Shown: positions 17,543 to 26,440 of the stretch, piece after piece | Layout: each line of letters starts with the position of its first letter | Position numbering within the stretch: the first letter of the stretch is position 1 | NCBI GenBank assembly: GCA_019745975.1 | Contig: JAIESQ010000013.1 | Location: forward strand, 86,780 to 150,779 | Direction of reading: 5' to 3' | DNA from: Pirellulales bacterium | GTDB lineage: Bacteria > Planctomycetota > Planctomycetia > Pirellulales > JAEUIK01 | Length of the DNA: 64,000 bases | Program-made: the position numbers and the translations under genes | Notes under the pieces: model-generated | What the model was told of the DNA's origin: nothing | The model's input: only the letters and a program-made list of their open reading frames with translations | Databases searched by the model: none

Positions 17543-18958
17543 ATGGCATCGGTCTACAAGCGGACGTGCAAAAACGGCAAGCCGAGCAAGTATTGGTACT
17601 TTTCCTATACGGACGAGAATGGGAAGCGCCGCATGGCGCGTGGCCTCACCGACAAGCGGCTTACCGAGCAGCTCGCGGCCAAACGCGAGGAGCAAGGGGA
17701 CCGGGTCCGTACCGGTTTAGTCGACCCGGCCGAAAAGCAACGTGCCGAAGCCCGGAAGGCGGCACTCTCATCGCATGTCGATGCGTTTGAGAACCATCTG
17801 AATAGCAAGGGCAATACGGGCAAGCACAACAAGCTGACGCTCAGTCGCATTCGTGCTGTGATTGAAGATGGGGCAATGGCGACGCTCGCCGACTTCACGG
17901 TCGAGGCCGTCGTCGAAGTTCTCCAGGACTTTCAAAAGGAAGATGACATTGGGCACCGGACATACAACCACTACGTCCAGGCGCTCGACGGCTTCGGCCG
18001 CTGGCTGGTCGCTTCCGATCGCGTGCTGAGCAACCCGCTCAAGGGTTTGCCTCGGCTCAATAGTGCCGAAGATGTACGGCACAAGCGCCGTGCGCTCTCG
18101 GCCAAGGAATTGGCCGCGCTGGTCGCCTCGGCAGAGACCAGCAAGAAAAAGGTCCAGGGCTACCCCGGCTGGCTTCGGGCGATCCTGTATCGCTTCGCCT
18201 ATCTCACCGGCCTGCGGCGGCGCGAATTGGGGAGCCTGACGACGAGCAGCTTCCAGTTGGATGATGAGACGCCGATATTGACGGTCGAGGCCGCCTGCTC
18301 GAAGCATCGCAAGAAAGACACCTTGCCGATTCATCCCGAACTCTTGGGCCTTCTCCGCGAATGGCTCCCGACACTCGATGCGGGCGCCCCACTCTTCCCG
18401 AAGTTGGAACGCAAGAAGACCTGGCGGATGGTGAAGACCGACCTCAAGGCAGTCGGCATCGAATACGAAACGGCGGAAGGCATTGCCGACTTCCATGCCT
18501 GTCGGCACTCGCACGTTTCCGGCTTGGTCAACAGCGGCGTGTCGCTGGCCCATGCCCGGCAGCTTGCCCGGCACGGCGACATTCGGATGACGATGAAATA
18601 TTTTCATGGGGACCTCCAGACGCAGGCTGAAGGACTGAGGTCGCTGCCAGGTCTCAATTCACTCGAACCGAAGTCAGAAGCGCTGCCAAAACCCGCAGCC
18701 CGCGATGCGAGCAGCGCGGACAAGGTGCAGCGCAATAGCATCGCGCCAGAGCCCCTTGGGGGTCATTCCGTGTCATTTGCTGGCACGCAAGTGGGCGACG
18801 ATCCGAGCGTCGTACCAATAAAAAACCCCTGCTCTGACAGGGGTTACGACGCCGAGGGTCACTCGGTGTCATCTGGTGGCAAAACTGCCAAAAAGTGGAG
18901 GCGGCGGGAATCGAACCCGCGTCCCGAAACGTTTCCACGCCAGCTTCTACGTGTGTAG
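17543..18958 (+). CDS. tyrosine integrase; the 3' extent is uncertain because the ORF reads into ssrA
   Basis: The sequence starts MASVYKRTCKNGKPSKYWYFSY..., with catalytic motifs YLTGLRRREL, HACRHSHVSGL and ARHGDIRMTMKYFH. There is no stop until 18958, which is 63 nt inside the tmRNA gene. Confidence 0.8.
   Translation: MASVYKRTCKNGKPSKYWYFSYTDENGKRRMARGLTDKRLTEQLAAKREEQGDRVRTGLVDPAEKQRAEARKAALSSHVDAFENHLNSKGNTGKHNKLTLSRIRAVIEDGAMATLADFTVEAVVEVLQDFQKEDDIGHRTYNHYVQALDGFGRWLVASDRVLSNPLKGLPRLNSAEDVRHKRRALSAKELAALVASAETSKKKVQGYPGWLRAILYRFAYLTGLRRRELGSLTTSSFQLDDETPILTVEAACSKHRKKDTLPIHPELLGLLREWLPTLDAGAPLFPKLERKKTWRMVKTDLKAVGIEYETAEGIADFHACRHSHVSGLVNSGVSLAHARQLARHGDIRMTMKYFHGDLQTQAEGLRSLPGLNSLEPKSEALPKPAARDASSADKVQRNSIAPEPLGGHSVSFAGTQVGDDPSVVPIKNPCSDRGYDAEGHSVSSGGKTAKKWRRRESNPRPETFPRQLLRV
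18818..18845 (-). terminator. intrinsic terminator downstream of ssrA
   Basis: The minus strand reads AACCCCTG-TCAGAG-CAGGGGTT followed by TTTTTATT, about 50 nt past the tmRNA 3' end. Confidence 0.6.
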
Positions 18959-19258
18959 CCGATAGTTTGAGTCTCGCTCTGGCAGCCCCCATCGGCAGGG
19001 TCCGCTTCGAGCCAGCCGGGAACGGTTTTTAACCTCGGGCGTGCCCAGCAGTGACCCGAGGCGAGCTGGAATTGTCAACCGACTTTTGGGCCTCTCCAGC
19101 GGGAGCCCCGCAGTCGGGGATGCCTATTTAACTAGGCAGCCAAAGCATAGGAACCTTCGGCAATTGAAGGTATTGGTCGGCTTTTTAACGTGGCCAGCTG
19201 ACCAACCACGACACGCCACTTGCGCTTCAATCCGTCCGGTCGAACCCAGTTCGCCCCC
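18896..19258 (-). ncRNA. ssrA: tmRNA (transfer-messenger RNA)
   Basis: The 5' end GGGGGCGAACUGGGUUCGAC pairs with the 3' end CGCCUCC-A, giving an acceptor stem with a G3:U pair. The T-arm is GCGGGUUCGAUUCCCGC. An internal tag frame GCC GAA GGU UCC UAU GCU UUG GCU GCC UAG (19161-19132) encodes AEGSYALAA-stop. Confidence 0.9.
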
Positions 19259-19435
19259 GGGTACAAACAGCCCGCAACTGGCCAGGGGAATGCGGCCAAG
19301 CGACAGGCTGCCGAAGGCAATTCTACCCCGATCTTCGCGGCCAAGCCAGTTGGAGTTTTTTGGCCAGGCGCGGCTGAACTTGTAGATTGGACGTCGATTC
19401 AACTTCAATGCGGCCAGTGGCGGGAGTCGCGACAC

Positions 19436-19819
19436 ATGCCAGCTCGTCGACGGCCGACTAGTTCGATCCGAGCCAAGCCGCCAGTGCGATCGTCGTACGA
19501 CGAATCGCTGGCGCGCCGCGTCCGTCACCTGCTCGCACGCAAGCCGGGTATCGCCGAGAAGCGGATGTTTGGCGGTCTGGCATTCCTCGTCGACGGCAAC
19601 ATGTGTGTCGGCATCTGGAAGGAATCGTTGATCGCGCGGCTGGGGCCCGAACAAGCCGCAGTTGCCCTGCGGCAGCCGGACGTTCGAGAGTTCGACGTGA
19701 CGGGGCGGCCGATGCGTGGTTGGGTGATGATCGATGCCCCCCAATTGGCCGACGACGTCGAGCTCGACGACTGGATCGGGCAGTGCCTGCGTTTCGTGCG
19801 CACGCTGCCGGCGAAGTGA
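19436..19819 (+). CDS. TfoX N-terminal-domain family protein
   Basis: LARRVRHLLARKPGIAEKRMFGGLAFLVDGNMCVGI matches the TfoX_N pattern (MFGG.AF...G). Confidence 0.65.
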   Translation: MPARRRPTSSIRAKPPVRSSYDESLARRVRHLLARKPGIAEKRMFGGLAFLVDGNMCVGIWKESLIARLGPEQAAVALRQPDVREFDVTGRPMRGWVMIDAPQLADDVELDDWIGQCLRFVRTLPAK

Positions 19820-19869
19820 GGTCGCAGCTCATATCACGCGGCATCTCGTGCGCGCGATCAAAACGGCGG

Positions 19870-19897
19870 GCACTGCTTCTGCGAAGCAGTGGCACAC
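19870..19897. repeat. REP unit (family 1)
   Basis: GCACTGCTTCTGCGAAGCAGTGGCACAC has a 9-bp stem and 3-nt loop. It is identical over 28 nt to 23911-23938. Confidence 0.85.
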
Positions 19898-19937
19898 ACG
19901 GGCGGCATTGTCGGCGCCTAAGTTCACGTGAGTCATG

Positions 19938-20930
19938 TCACGCGGCGCGGGCCGAGCGATCGCTGGCCAACGCGCGACCCAGCTCGCCGTCGACGTTGTG
20001 CATCTCGCGGATCGTGTACGGTTCCTTGCGCTGCACTTCGTAGTAGATGCGCGCTCCCAACTCGCCGAGCATGCCGAGCACGACGAACTGGAAACCCGCC
20101 AGCGTAGCCGTGGTGGCCAACATCAACAGCGGGTTGCCCGTCATGTCGACGTGCCCGAACAGCTTCATCGCAACCGTGGTCAGAGCCGCGGTCAGCCCGA
20201 CGGCCAAGCTCCCCAGCCCGATGCCGCCGAAGAGTTTCATCGGGCTGGCCAGGTACTGAATCAGATACTTGACCGTGATCAGGTCGAGCACCACGCGCAG
20301 CGTGCGCGACAAGCCATATTTCGATTGGCCGAAGCGGCGCGGATGATGCCGAGTGACAATCTCGGCGCAGCGCGCTCCATGCCAGTGTGCCAGGATTGGA
20401 ATGAAGCGGTGCATTTCGCCGAAGAGGTGCAGGTCGCGGGCGATGTCGCGGCGCACCGCCTTGAGCGTGCAGCCCAAGTCGTGCACCGGGAACTTCGTCA
20501 CCCGCGCGATCAGACGATTGGCCAACAGCGACGGTAACCGGCGCGTGAGGAACTTGTCGTGGCGCTCCTTGCGCCAGCCGTGCACAAGGTCATAGCCTTC
20601 GTCGAGCTTGGCCAAGAGCAGGGGAATGTCCGCCGGATCGTTTTGCAGATCGGCGTCCATGGTCACAATCACGTCGCCGGCGGCCAGGTGTAGCCCGGCG
20701 CTCATGGCGGCGGTCTGGCCGTAGTTGCGGCGGAAAGTCACGACTTTGACGGCCGGATCGAGCTTGGCCATGCGGGCCAGTTCGGCGGTCGAGCTATCGG
20801 TCGAGCCGTCGTCGACGAAGAGCATCTCGAACGGGCGATCGAGCCCTTCAAGTACCGGCCGCAGCGCCGCGTGCAAGCGTGGCAGATTCTCGATCTCGTT
20901 ATAGACCGGAATGACGACCGACACGCTCAT
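19938..20930 (-). CDS. family 2 glycosyltransferase (polyprenol-phosphate sugar transferase, ArnC/Dpm1-like)
   Basis: Motifs VVIPVYNE, FVDDGSTD and DADLQNDP are followed by two C-terminal TM segments. Confidence 0.85.
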   Translation of the reverse strand: MSVSVVIPVYNEIENLPRLHAALRPVLEGLDRPFEMLFVDDGSTDSSTAELARMAKLDPAVKVVTFRRNYGQTAAMSAGLHLAAGDVIVTMDADLQNDPADIPLLLAKLDEGYDLVHGWRKERHDKFLTRRLPSLLANRLIARVTKFPVHDLGCTLKAVRRDIARDLHLFGEMHRFIPILAHWHGARCAEIVTRHHPRRFGQSKYGLSRTLRVVLDLITVKYLIQYLASPMKLFGGIGLGSLAVGLTAALTTVAMKLFGHVDMTGNPLLMLATTATLAGFQFVVLGMLGELGARIYYEVQRKEPYTIREMHNVDGELGRALASDRSARAA

Positions 20931-20972
20931 GGAAGGAGCTCCTCGTAACGGTTGCTCGCGAACGACGTCGTA

Positions 20973-22841
20973 TCAGCGCGATTGTCGGTTGCCCGTGCGC
21001 GATGCCCTGGCCAGATTGTCCGGGCGCGCCAGGAGCACCAGGTCGTGTCGCCGCAAGAAGCGGCGCTGCCGCGCCAACTCACGAAACCCACCAGGCAGCC
21101 TCGCACGCACCTGATCGAGGTCCTTGTCGCGCACCAGCAGCACGGGATTGCGCGACTGGGCGACCTGCTGTTCAAACGCATCGAGACTGTCGAAGTGGCG
21201 TACTTGATTGCCGGAGTAGAACACCAGGCCTGGCTCAAAATGGTTCAGTGTTACCCAATCGGCCGCGGGGCCGACCTGCTCGCGCGCCACGGTTGCGAAG
21301 CCTGCGCTGGTCTGGTGCCTGGCGACGCGCACGGCGGCCACGGAAAAAAGTGCTACCGCAAAGACAACACCCATCACCATCAAGGTGTGCACGGCCCGGG
21401 TGATTCGTTCCTGCATTGCGAAGCGCCAGGCCAGCGCGCCGCCGACCAGCGGGATCAAACCGATCAGGCACAGCAGTGTTTCGCCGGGGAGCAAGATGTA
21501 GGCCACGATCGGCAGCACAACGACGAGCCCAATGCCAACACAGACGTACGTGCCGAGTGCCAGCGCAACCAGCTTACGACTGACTTCGCGCGGGCGAGCG
21601 ATCCAGCAGTCGAGAAACACGCCGGTCAACAGCGCCAGCGCCGGATACGCCGGCAGCACATAGTTCGGCAGCTTCGTACGGCAGAGCGAGAAGAAGACGA
21701 AGTACGTCGCCGCCCAGCAAGCGACGAACAGGTCGCTGGCGTGTATCGCGTCGCGCTGGTGCACGCGCCGCCACCAGGTGACGAGCGTCAACAGCAAGAG
21801 CATCGACCAGGGAAAGAACGTCACGTGCACGACCGCGGGATGGTAGAAGATCGTGCCGCGATGCCCTTCGAGCGGCTGCAAGAAGCGATTCACGTTGTGC
21901 TTGCCAAGAAAGCCGGCAAGCCATTGGCCATCGGTTTCGAGCCCCACGGCGAGATACCAAGGCAAGGCGACGAGCGCCACAACCGCCATGCCCGTCATCG
22001 GCCGCAGCGCCCAGAGTACCTTCACGACGTGGCTGGGGCGGAGGCAATCGGCCACGGTCCAGCAAACGGCGCGCACGCGTGATCGCCAGCCCGGCGGGTT
22101 GCTCGCGCAACCCGTCTCGGCGCGCGGCTCCCGGGCCATGACTAGCAGGAAGGTCGCCAACACACCGATCGGCAATACCACGCCCACGGGGCCCTTGGTT
22201 AGCACGGCCAGCCCCAACAGGGCGTACATCGCGATCCACCAGCCAATCGAGCGCGGAAGGTAGCGTCGCCAGCGCGGGTCGAAGTGCCGAGCCGGCTCTT
22301 TGGCGACACTGCTGGACAAGCCAGCAGTGGCACCCAACGTCGCGTCACCGTCGGCGATCGACAGCCAGCCGGCCGAGCCGGCCACGCCGCGCACATAGGC
22401 CAGCGCGCCGGCCGTGATGAAGAAGATCAGAGTCGAGTCAGGCGTCGAGGCTCGGCCCACGACGTCGAACATCAGGCTCGTGGCCAGAATGATCGCGGCC
22501 CAGAAACCTACCTGCGGTCGATAGAGCAACCGGCCGAGGTGATACACCATGAGCACGGTACCGATGGCCAAAAGCGCCGAGGGGAGCCGCGCCGCCAGCT
22601 CGTTGACCCCCAGCACGTGATACGACGAGAGCATCAGCCAGTAGAGCAGCACCGGTTTGTCGGTCCGCAACTCGTGGTTGAAGGTCGGCACGATCCAGTC
22701 GCCGCGGGCGAACATCTCGGCGCCGCAAGCGGCGTTCTTGGGTTCATCCTCGTCGAACAAAGTGGCCGACCCCAGATTCGCCAGCAGAACCAACGCGGCG
22801 ATCGAGACAATCAACACTTGTTGACGGGCGGATGATAGCAT
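20973..22841 (-). CDS. GT39/ArnT-like membrane glycosyltransferase (PMT_2 type)
   Basis: This is a polytopic 622-aa protein whose N-terminal loop DEPKNAACGAEMFARGDWIVPTFNHELRTDKPVLLYW is typical of ArnT/PMT family proteins. Confidence 0.75.
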   Translation of the reverse strand: MLSSARQQVLIVSIAALVLLANLGSATLFDEDEPKNAACGAEMFARGDWIVPTFNHELRTDKPVLLYWLMLSSYHVLGVNELAARLPSALLAIGTVLMVYHLGRLLYRPQVGFWAAIILATSLMFDVVGRASTPDSTLIFFITAGALAYVRGVAGSAGWLSIADGDATLGATAGLSSSVAKEPARHFDPRWRRYLPRSIGWWIAMYALLGLAVLTKGPVGVVLPIGVLATFLLVMAREPRAETGCASNPPGWRSRVRAVCWTVADCLRPSHVVKVLWALRPMTGMAVVALVALPWYLAVGLETDGQWLAGFLGKHNVNRFLQPLEGHRGTIFYHPAVVHVTFFPWSMLLLLTLVTWWRRVHQRDAIHASDLFVACWAATYFVFFSLCRTKLPNYVLPAYPALALLTGVFLDCWIARPREVSRKLVALALGTYVCVGIGLVVVLPIVAYILLPGETLLCLIGLIPLVGGALAWRFAMQERITRAVHTLMVMGVVFAVALFSVAAVRVARHQTSAGFATVAREQVGPAADWVTLNHFEPGLVFYSGNQVRHFDSLDAFEQQVAQSRNPVLLVRDKDLDQVRARLPGGFRELARQRRFLRRHDLVLLARPDNLARASRTGNRQSR

Positions 22842-23097
22842 GCTGGCAACTCGCGCGCAAAACGGGCCTGGCGACTCGGAAGACCGATCGGGGCGCGAAG
22901 TCTAGGGATCGCTCGCGGTCGCGCCAACGCCACTTGATCCGCGAGCCGCTGATCACGGTGCGCTTTCATCTTGCAGCGTTCTGGCAGCAGGGGCAGCCCT
23001 GAAGATCGCAAAACGCGCCTTGCGTTGGGCGGCCGGTAAAGCGACGATTCGCCCCCCGCGCAGCGCGGATGCTTGCGAGCGGAGTGGAGAGCCAGCC

Positions 23098-23898
23098 ATG
23101 ATCGATTCCGAAGGATTTCGCGACGGCGATCTGCGACGCGACGCGCCGCATCGCGGTCGCGATCTGGCGAGCGCCTCGCGCGGAGCGACTTCTTTGGCCC
23201 GGCCGCCGCAGTCAGGATCAATTCCGGCCGCCAGCGGAATTCGGCCGTGGCCGCGGCGATCGATCGCCTTGTTACTGCTTGCATCGCTCGGCGCTCTTTC
23301 GATCGACATGGCGCTGGCCCGCTGGTGCGCGGCAGGGAACGTCCCCAAGAACATGCATCGCTTGCTGGAGACCGCTGAAGATTTCGGGAACGGCTTTGGA
23401 GTCGTTCTGATCGCCCTGGCGATTGGCGTACTCGATCCCGCGCGCCGTCGCGCGCTAGTGCGCGTGCTCACCGCGGCTTATGGAGCCGGATTGGCGGCCA
23501 ATGCCGTTAAGATCCTCCTCGTGCGGTTTCGCCCGCGCGAGTTGAACTTAGTGGCGAGCGGATTGTCCGACACGTTTGGCGGCGTACTCGGACTGGGCGA
23601 TGGCCGCAGCCATAGCTTTCCTTCGGCTCATACAGCGACCGCGGTTGGCCTCGCGCTGCTGCTGGGCTGGCTCTACCCACGCGGCCGCTGGTACTTCGCG
23701 GCCTTGGCCGTGCTTGTCGGCGCGCAGCGCGTCGCGGTCGGGGCACATTTCCTAAGCGATGTGCTTGTGGGGGCGGCACTTGGCTTGGCGGTGGGGTGGT
23801 GCTGCACGGGTTGGCAGCGCGGAGCCGAGAGGTTCACGCGGTTTGAGACGCGTGGCGCCTTGCGGGCGGTCAAATCGGTCGGCGCGACATTGCAATAG
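23098..23898 (+). CDS. PAP2-family lipid phosphatase
   Basis: The sequence contains KILLVRFRP...SFPSAHTATAV...RVAVGAHFLSDV, i.e. PAP2 motifs (KxxxxxxRP, PSGH-like, SRxxxxxHxxxD-like). Confidence 0.75.
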   Translation: MIDSEGFRDGDLRRDAPHRGRDLASASRGATSLARPPQSGSIPAASGIRPWPRRSIALLLLASLGALSIDMALARWCAAGNVPKNMHRLLETAEDFGNGFGVVLIALAIGVLDPARRRALVRVLTAAYGAGLAANAVKILLVRFRPRELNLVASGLSDTFGGVLGLGDGRSHSFPSAHTATAVGLALLLGWLYPRGRWYFAALAVLVGAQRVAVGAHFLSDVLVGAALGLAVGWCCTGWQRGAERFTRFETRGALRAVKSVGATLQ

Positions 23899-23910
23899 CG
23901 CGCTACACTA

Positions 23911-23938
23911 GCACTGCTTCTGCGAAGCAGTGGCACAC
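23911..23938. repeat. REP unit (family 1)
   Basis: It is identical over 28 nt to 19870-19897 and in the same orientation. Confidence 0.85.
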
Positions 23939-23974
23939 CGTCGACGCAGCTCCCTAAACCCTGAACGACCTGGC

Positions 23975-24520
23975 CTAGCGCGGGATATTCAGGTCGCGGA
24001 TCGTCAGCAGCGTGCTGAGCTTGGCGCCGTGGACGGCAAATGCGTCGGCGCCTCCCTCCAACCGATCGACGATTGCCAGCACGCGGTCGACCTTGAGGCC
24101 GAAGTCGCGTGCCCGCTCGAGCGCCGCCATCGCCGAGCCGCCGGTGGTGATGACGTCCTCGACGATCACGGCCGAGTTGCCCGGCTGCACGGGCCCTTCG
24201 ACGAACTTGTTGGTGCCGTGTCCCTTGGCTTCTTTACGCACCATGAAGCCGACCAGCGGCAGGCCGCGGACGCCAGCCAAGGTGACGATCGCGGCCGTGA
24301 TCGGATCGGCGCCGATCGCCAATCCGCCCACGGCGGCCGGCAGCGATTCGCCCAAGAGCTCGAGCATCCCTTCGGCCACGAGCCGCGCGCCGGCGGCGTC
24401 GAGCGTGATCTGCTTGAGATCGAGGTAGAAGTTCGCCTTCTTCCCCGACGCCAAAGTGAAATCGCCGAGCTTGAGGGCCTTGGCGTGAATCAAATCGAGC
24501 AACTGCTGGCTGTCGTACAC
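23975..24520 (-). CDS. pyrE: orotate phosphoribosyltransferase
   Basis: FTLASGKKANFYLDLK is followed by the PRPP-binding loop VIVEDVITTGGS. Confidence 0.9.
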   Translation of the reverse strand: MYDSQQLLDLIHAKALKLGDFTLASGKKANFYLDLKQITLDAAGARLVAEGMLELLGESLPAAVGGLAIGADPITAAIVTLAGVRGLPLVGFMVRKEAKGHGTNKFVEGPVQPGNSAVIVEDVITTGGSAMAALERARDFGLKVDRVLAIVDRLEGGADAFAVHGAKLSTLLTIRDLNIPR

Positions 24521-24623
24521 GGCGCGTCTCGCGGGTGGGGCAACGTCGCTCGCGTTGTCCTGTGACTCGTCGAGCGGAGTCCCTCTATAGCAGGAGACGC
24601 TCAGACACGCCAGCGGCCAATGC

Positions 24624-26192
24624 CTACCGCCGAATCACGACCTTCGACCCGACCGACAAGATGTCGTACACGTCGTGTATGTCGCGATCGCTCAAGCGGA
24701 TGCAGCCGCGCTCATCGGCGCGCGCCGGCCCTTGCGGATCGTTCGAGCCGTGGATCCCCAATTGCTGCCCGAGCGAAATCCAGCGTTCCCCCAGCGGGTT
24801 GGCCGGATCGTCGGCGCCGATCACCTGGTCGGGCCCGTAATAGATTGGGTTCTCGACTTTGTCCTTCACCTCAAAGTTGCCCGGCGGGGCAACTTGATCG
24901 CGACCCACATCGATGGGGAAGCTGCCGGCGTAGCGCCCTTCAATCCACAGCGTGAGTAGTTTTTGATTGAGATCGACGACGGCCGAAAACGGGCCGCGCA
25001 CGACCTTGAGCTTTTCGCCCGGGCGAACCTGGCTCGGATCAGCGATGCCGTTGATCTTGGCCAGCAGTTGCCAGGGGATCTGATAGCGGTCCGCGACGTG
25101 CTGCAGGGTTTCGCCCGGCGGCAATTCGTACGGCGGCTCGACGAGCGACTCCTGCGAATAGACGACCGTGCCGGCCAACTGATCGAGCAGATCGTGAATC
25201 TCGCGCCGCTCAATCTCGCTTAAGCGCGGGTCGTTGTGCCAGCGCGATAGTTCGAGATGCGCGTCGGCCAGACGATCCTGGTCGAGCAAGTGACGCACGT
25301 TGGTCATCGTGCTGGCGAATTCGGCGCGCACGTCGGACGCGCCGCCCGTGGGCGGTGTGCTCGCGCCGGCGGCCGGTGGTGCAGCGCCGTCAACAGGCGC
25401 GAAAGGCGCCGCGGTTGCGGGAGCGACACCATCACCAGGTATCTGGCTGGGAGCGCCTGCTGCCTCGGGATACGCGGCCGGGGGCGCGAATTGGTCGCCT
25501 GCGGATGCGGAAGTTTGCGCTGGATCGAATGGCGGCGCGGCGGTGTTGGCTGCCGGCGCCGTGCCAAAGGGTGGCGCCGCACTATCGGCCGGAGCAACTC
25601 CCGCCCCACCTGGAGCGGCAGTGGGCCAGGCCGAATCGGTCGCCGGCGCTGTCGAATCAAACGCCGTTGCCGGCGGAGCGTCGAGACTCGCCGTAGTCGG
25701 TGGCTGCAAATCAGCGACCGGTGCGCCGGTGCCAACGGGAGGCGCTTCGGTCCCTGGCGGATGGGCGTTGGCCGCGTAGTTCGGTGGGGCTGATGTTGTC
25801 GGCGGGCCCGCGAATTGGGCGGCCGACGGAGCGTCGCTCCAAGCCGATTGAGCTGGCGCTGCCTCGCCGCTGGGCGCGACGGGCGCAAAGGGAGGCGCAT
25901 CGCCAACCGGCGCGCCGCTCGCCGGAGCAGCGTGCCCTTCGACGCCACCAGGCATGCTGATCGGCGGAAACGACGGCGCCGGCCCAGCGCCATCGCCAGG
26001 CATCTGCACGACCGGCACATTCGCCCAATCGTCGGGGATCGCCTCGGGCGGGTCCTTCGGTGGACGCCGATTCAGCGTGGCATAGACGCCGTAACCGACG
26101 GCGCCGAGGATGGCAAACACGATCATCGTTCGCAGCGTGCTCACCGACCGGTCCTCCTTGACCCTGTCGCGCAAAAACCCAACGCGCACCAT
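24624..26192 (-). CDS. LysM + YkuD (L,D-transpeptidase) domain protein with a long Pro/Ala-rich linker
   Basis: The LysM segment is ETLQHVADRYQIPWQLLAKINGI, and the YkuD catalytic region is GIHGSNDP...RGCIRLSDRD. An N-terminal TM segment is present; the start is uncertain. Confidence 0.8.
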   Translation of the reverse strand: MVRVGFLRDRVKEDRSVSTLRTMIVFAILGAVGYGVYATLNRRPPKDPPEAIPDDWANVPVVQMPGDGAGPAPSFPPISMPGGVEGHAAPASGAPVGDAPPFAPVAPSGEAAPAQSAWSDAPSAAQFAGPPTTSAPPNYAANAHPPGTEAPPVGTGAPVADLQPPTTASLDAPPATAFDSTAPATDSAWPTAAPGGAGVAPADSAAPPFGTAPAANTAAPPFDPAQTSASAGDQFAPPAAYPEAAGAPSQIPGDGVAPATAAPFAPVDGAAPPAAGASTPPTGGASDVRAEFASTMTNVRHLLDQDRLADAHLELSRWHNDPRLSEIERREIHDLLDQLAGTVVYSQESLVEPPYELPPGETLQHVADRYQIPWQLLAKINGIADPSQVRPGEKLKVVRGPFSAVVDLNQKLLTLWIEGRYAGSFPIDVGRDQVAPPGNFEVKDKVENPIYYGPDQVIGADDPANPLGERWISLGQQLGIHGSNDPQGPARADERGCIRLSDRDIHDVYDILSVGSKVVIRR

Positions 26193-26440
26193 CGGCGCGG
26201 GGCGGGATCATAGGCGAAGCGGCCCGGCGATGCTACGTCAGAGTGGCTAACACATCGGGCGGAAGCGGCGCTGCTGGCTGCGGTGCTAGCACCCAGGACT
26301 GCCATTAACCTCGTCGGGCAAAGCTCTGGACGCCGCGGACCAAAGCCTGCTGTCGCGGCATCGGCCGCGCGGCGGTCGGCGAAAGCGTCCGGATCAGACA
26401 CGGACTGAGCAACTGGCGAAAGCGATCTTCGACCAATCGA

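Noticed and set aside
20952-22835. Several 130-380 aa ORFs on both strands (20952..22082, 21574..22239, 22284..22835 and others)
   Set aside because: All are out of frame or antisense to the GT39 membrane protein gene, whose translation is clearly protein-like. Their composition is shadow-frame.
24900-25950. Apparent repetitiveness in the L,D-transpeptidase gene
   Set aside because: It is compositional Pro/Ala-rich low complexity of a linker region. I could not define any DNA-level tandem repeat unit.
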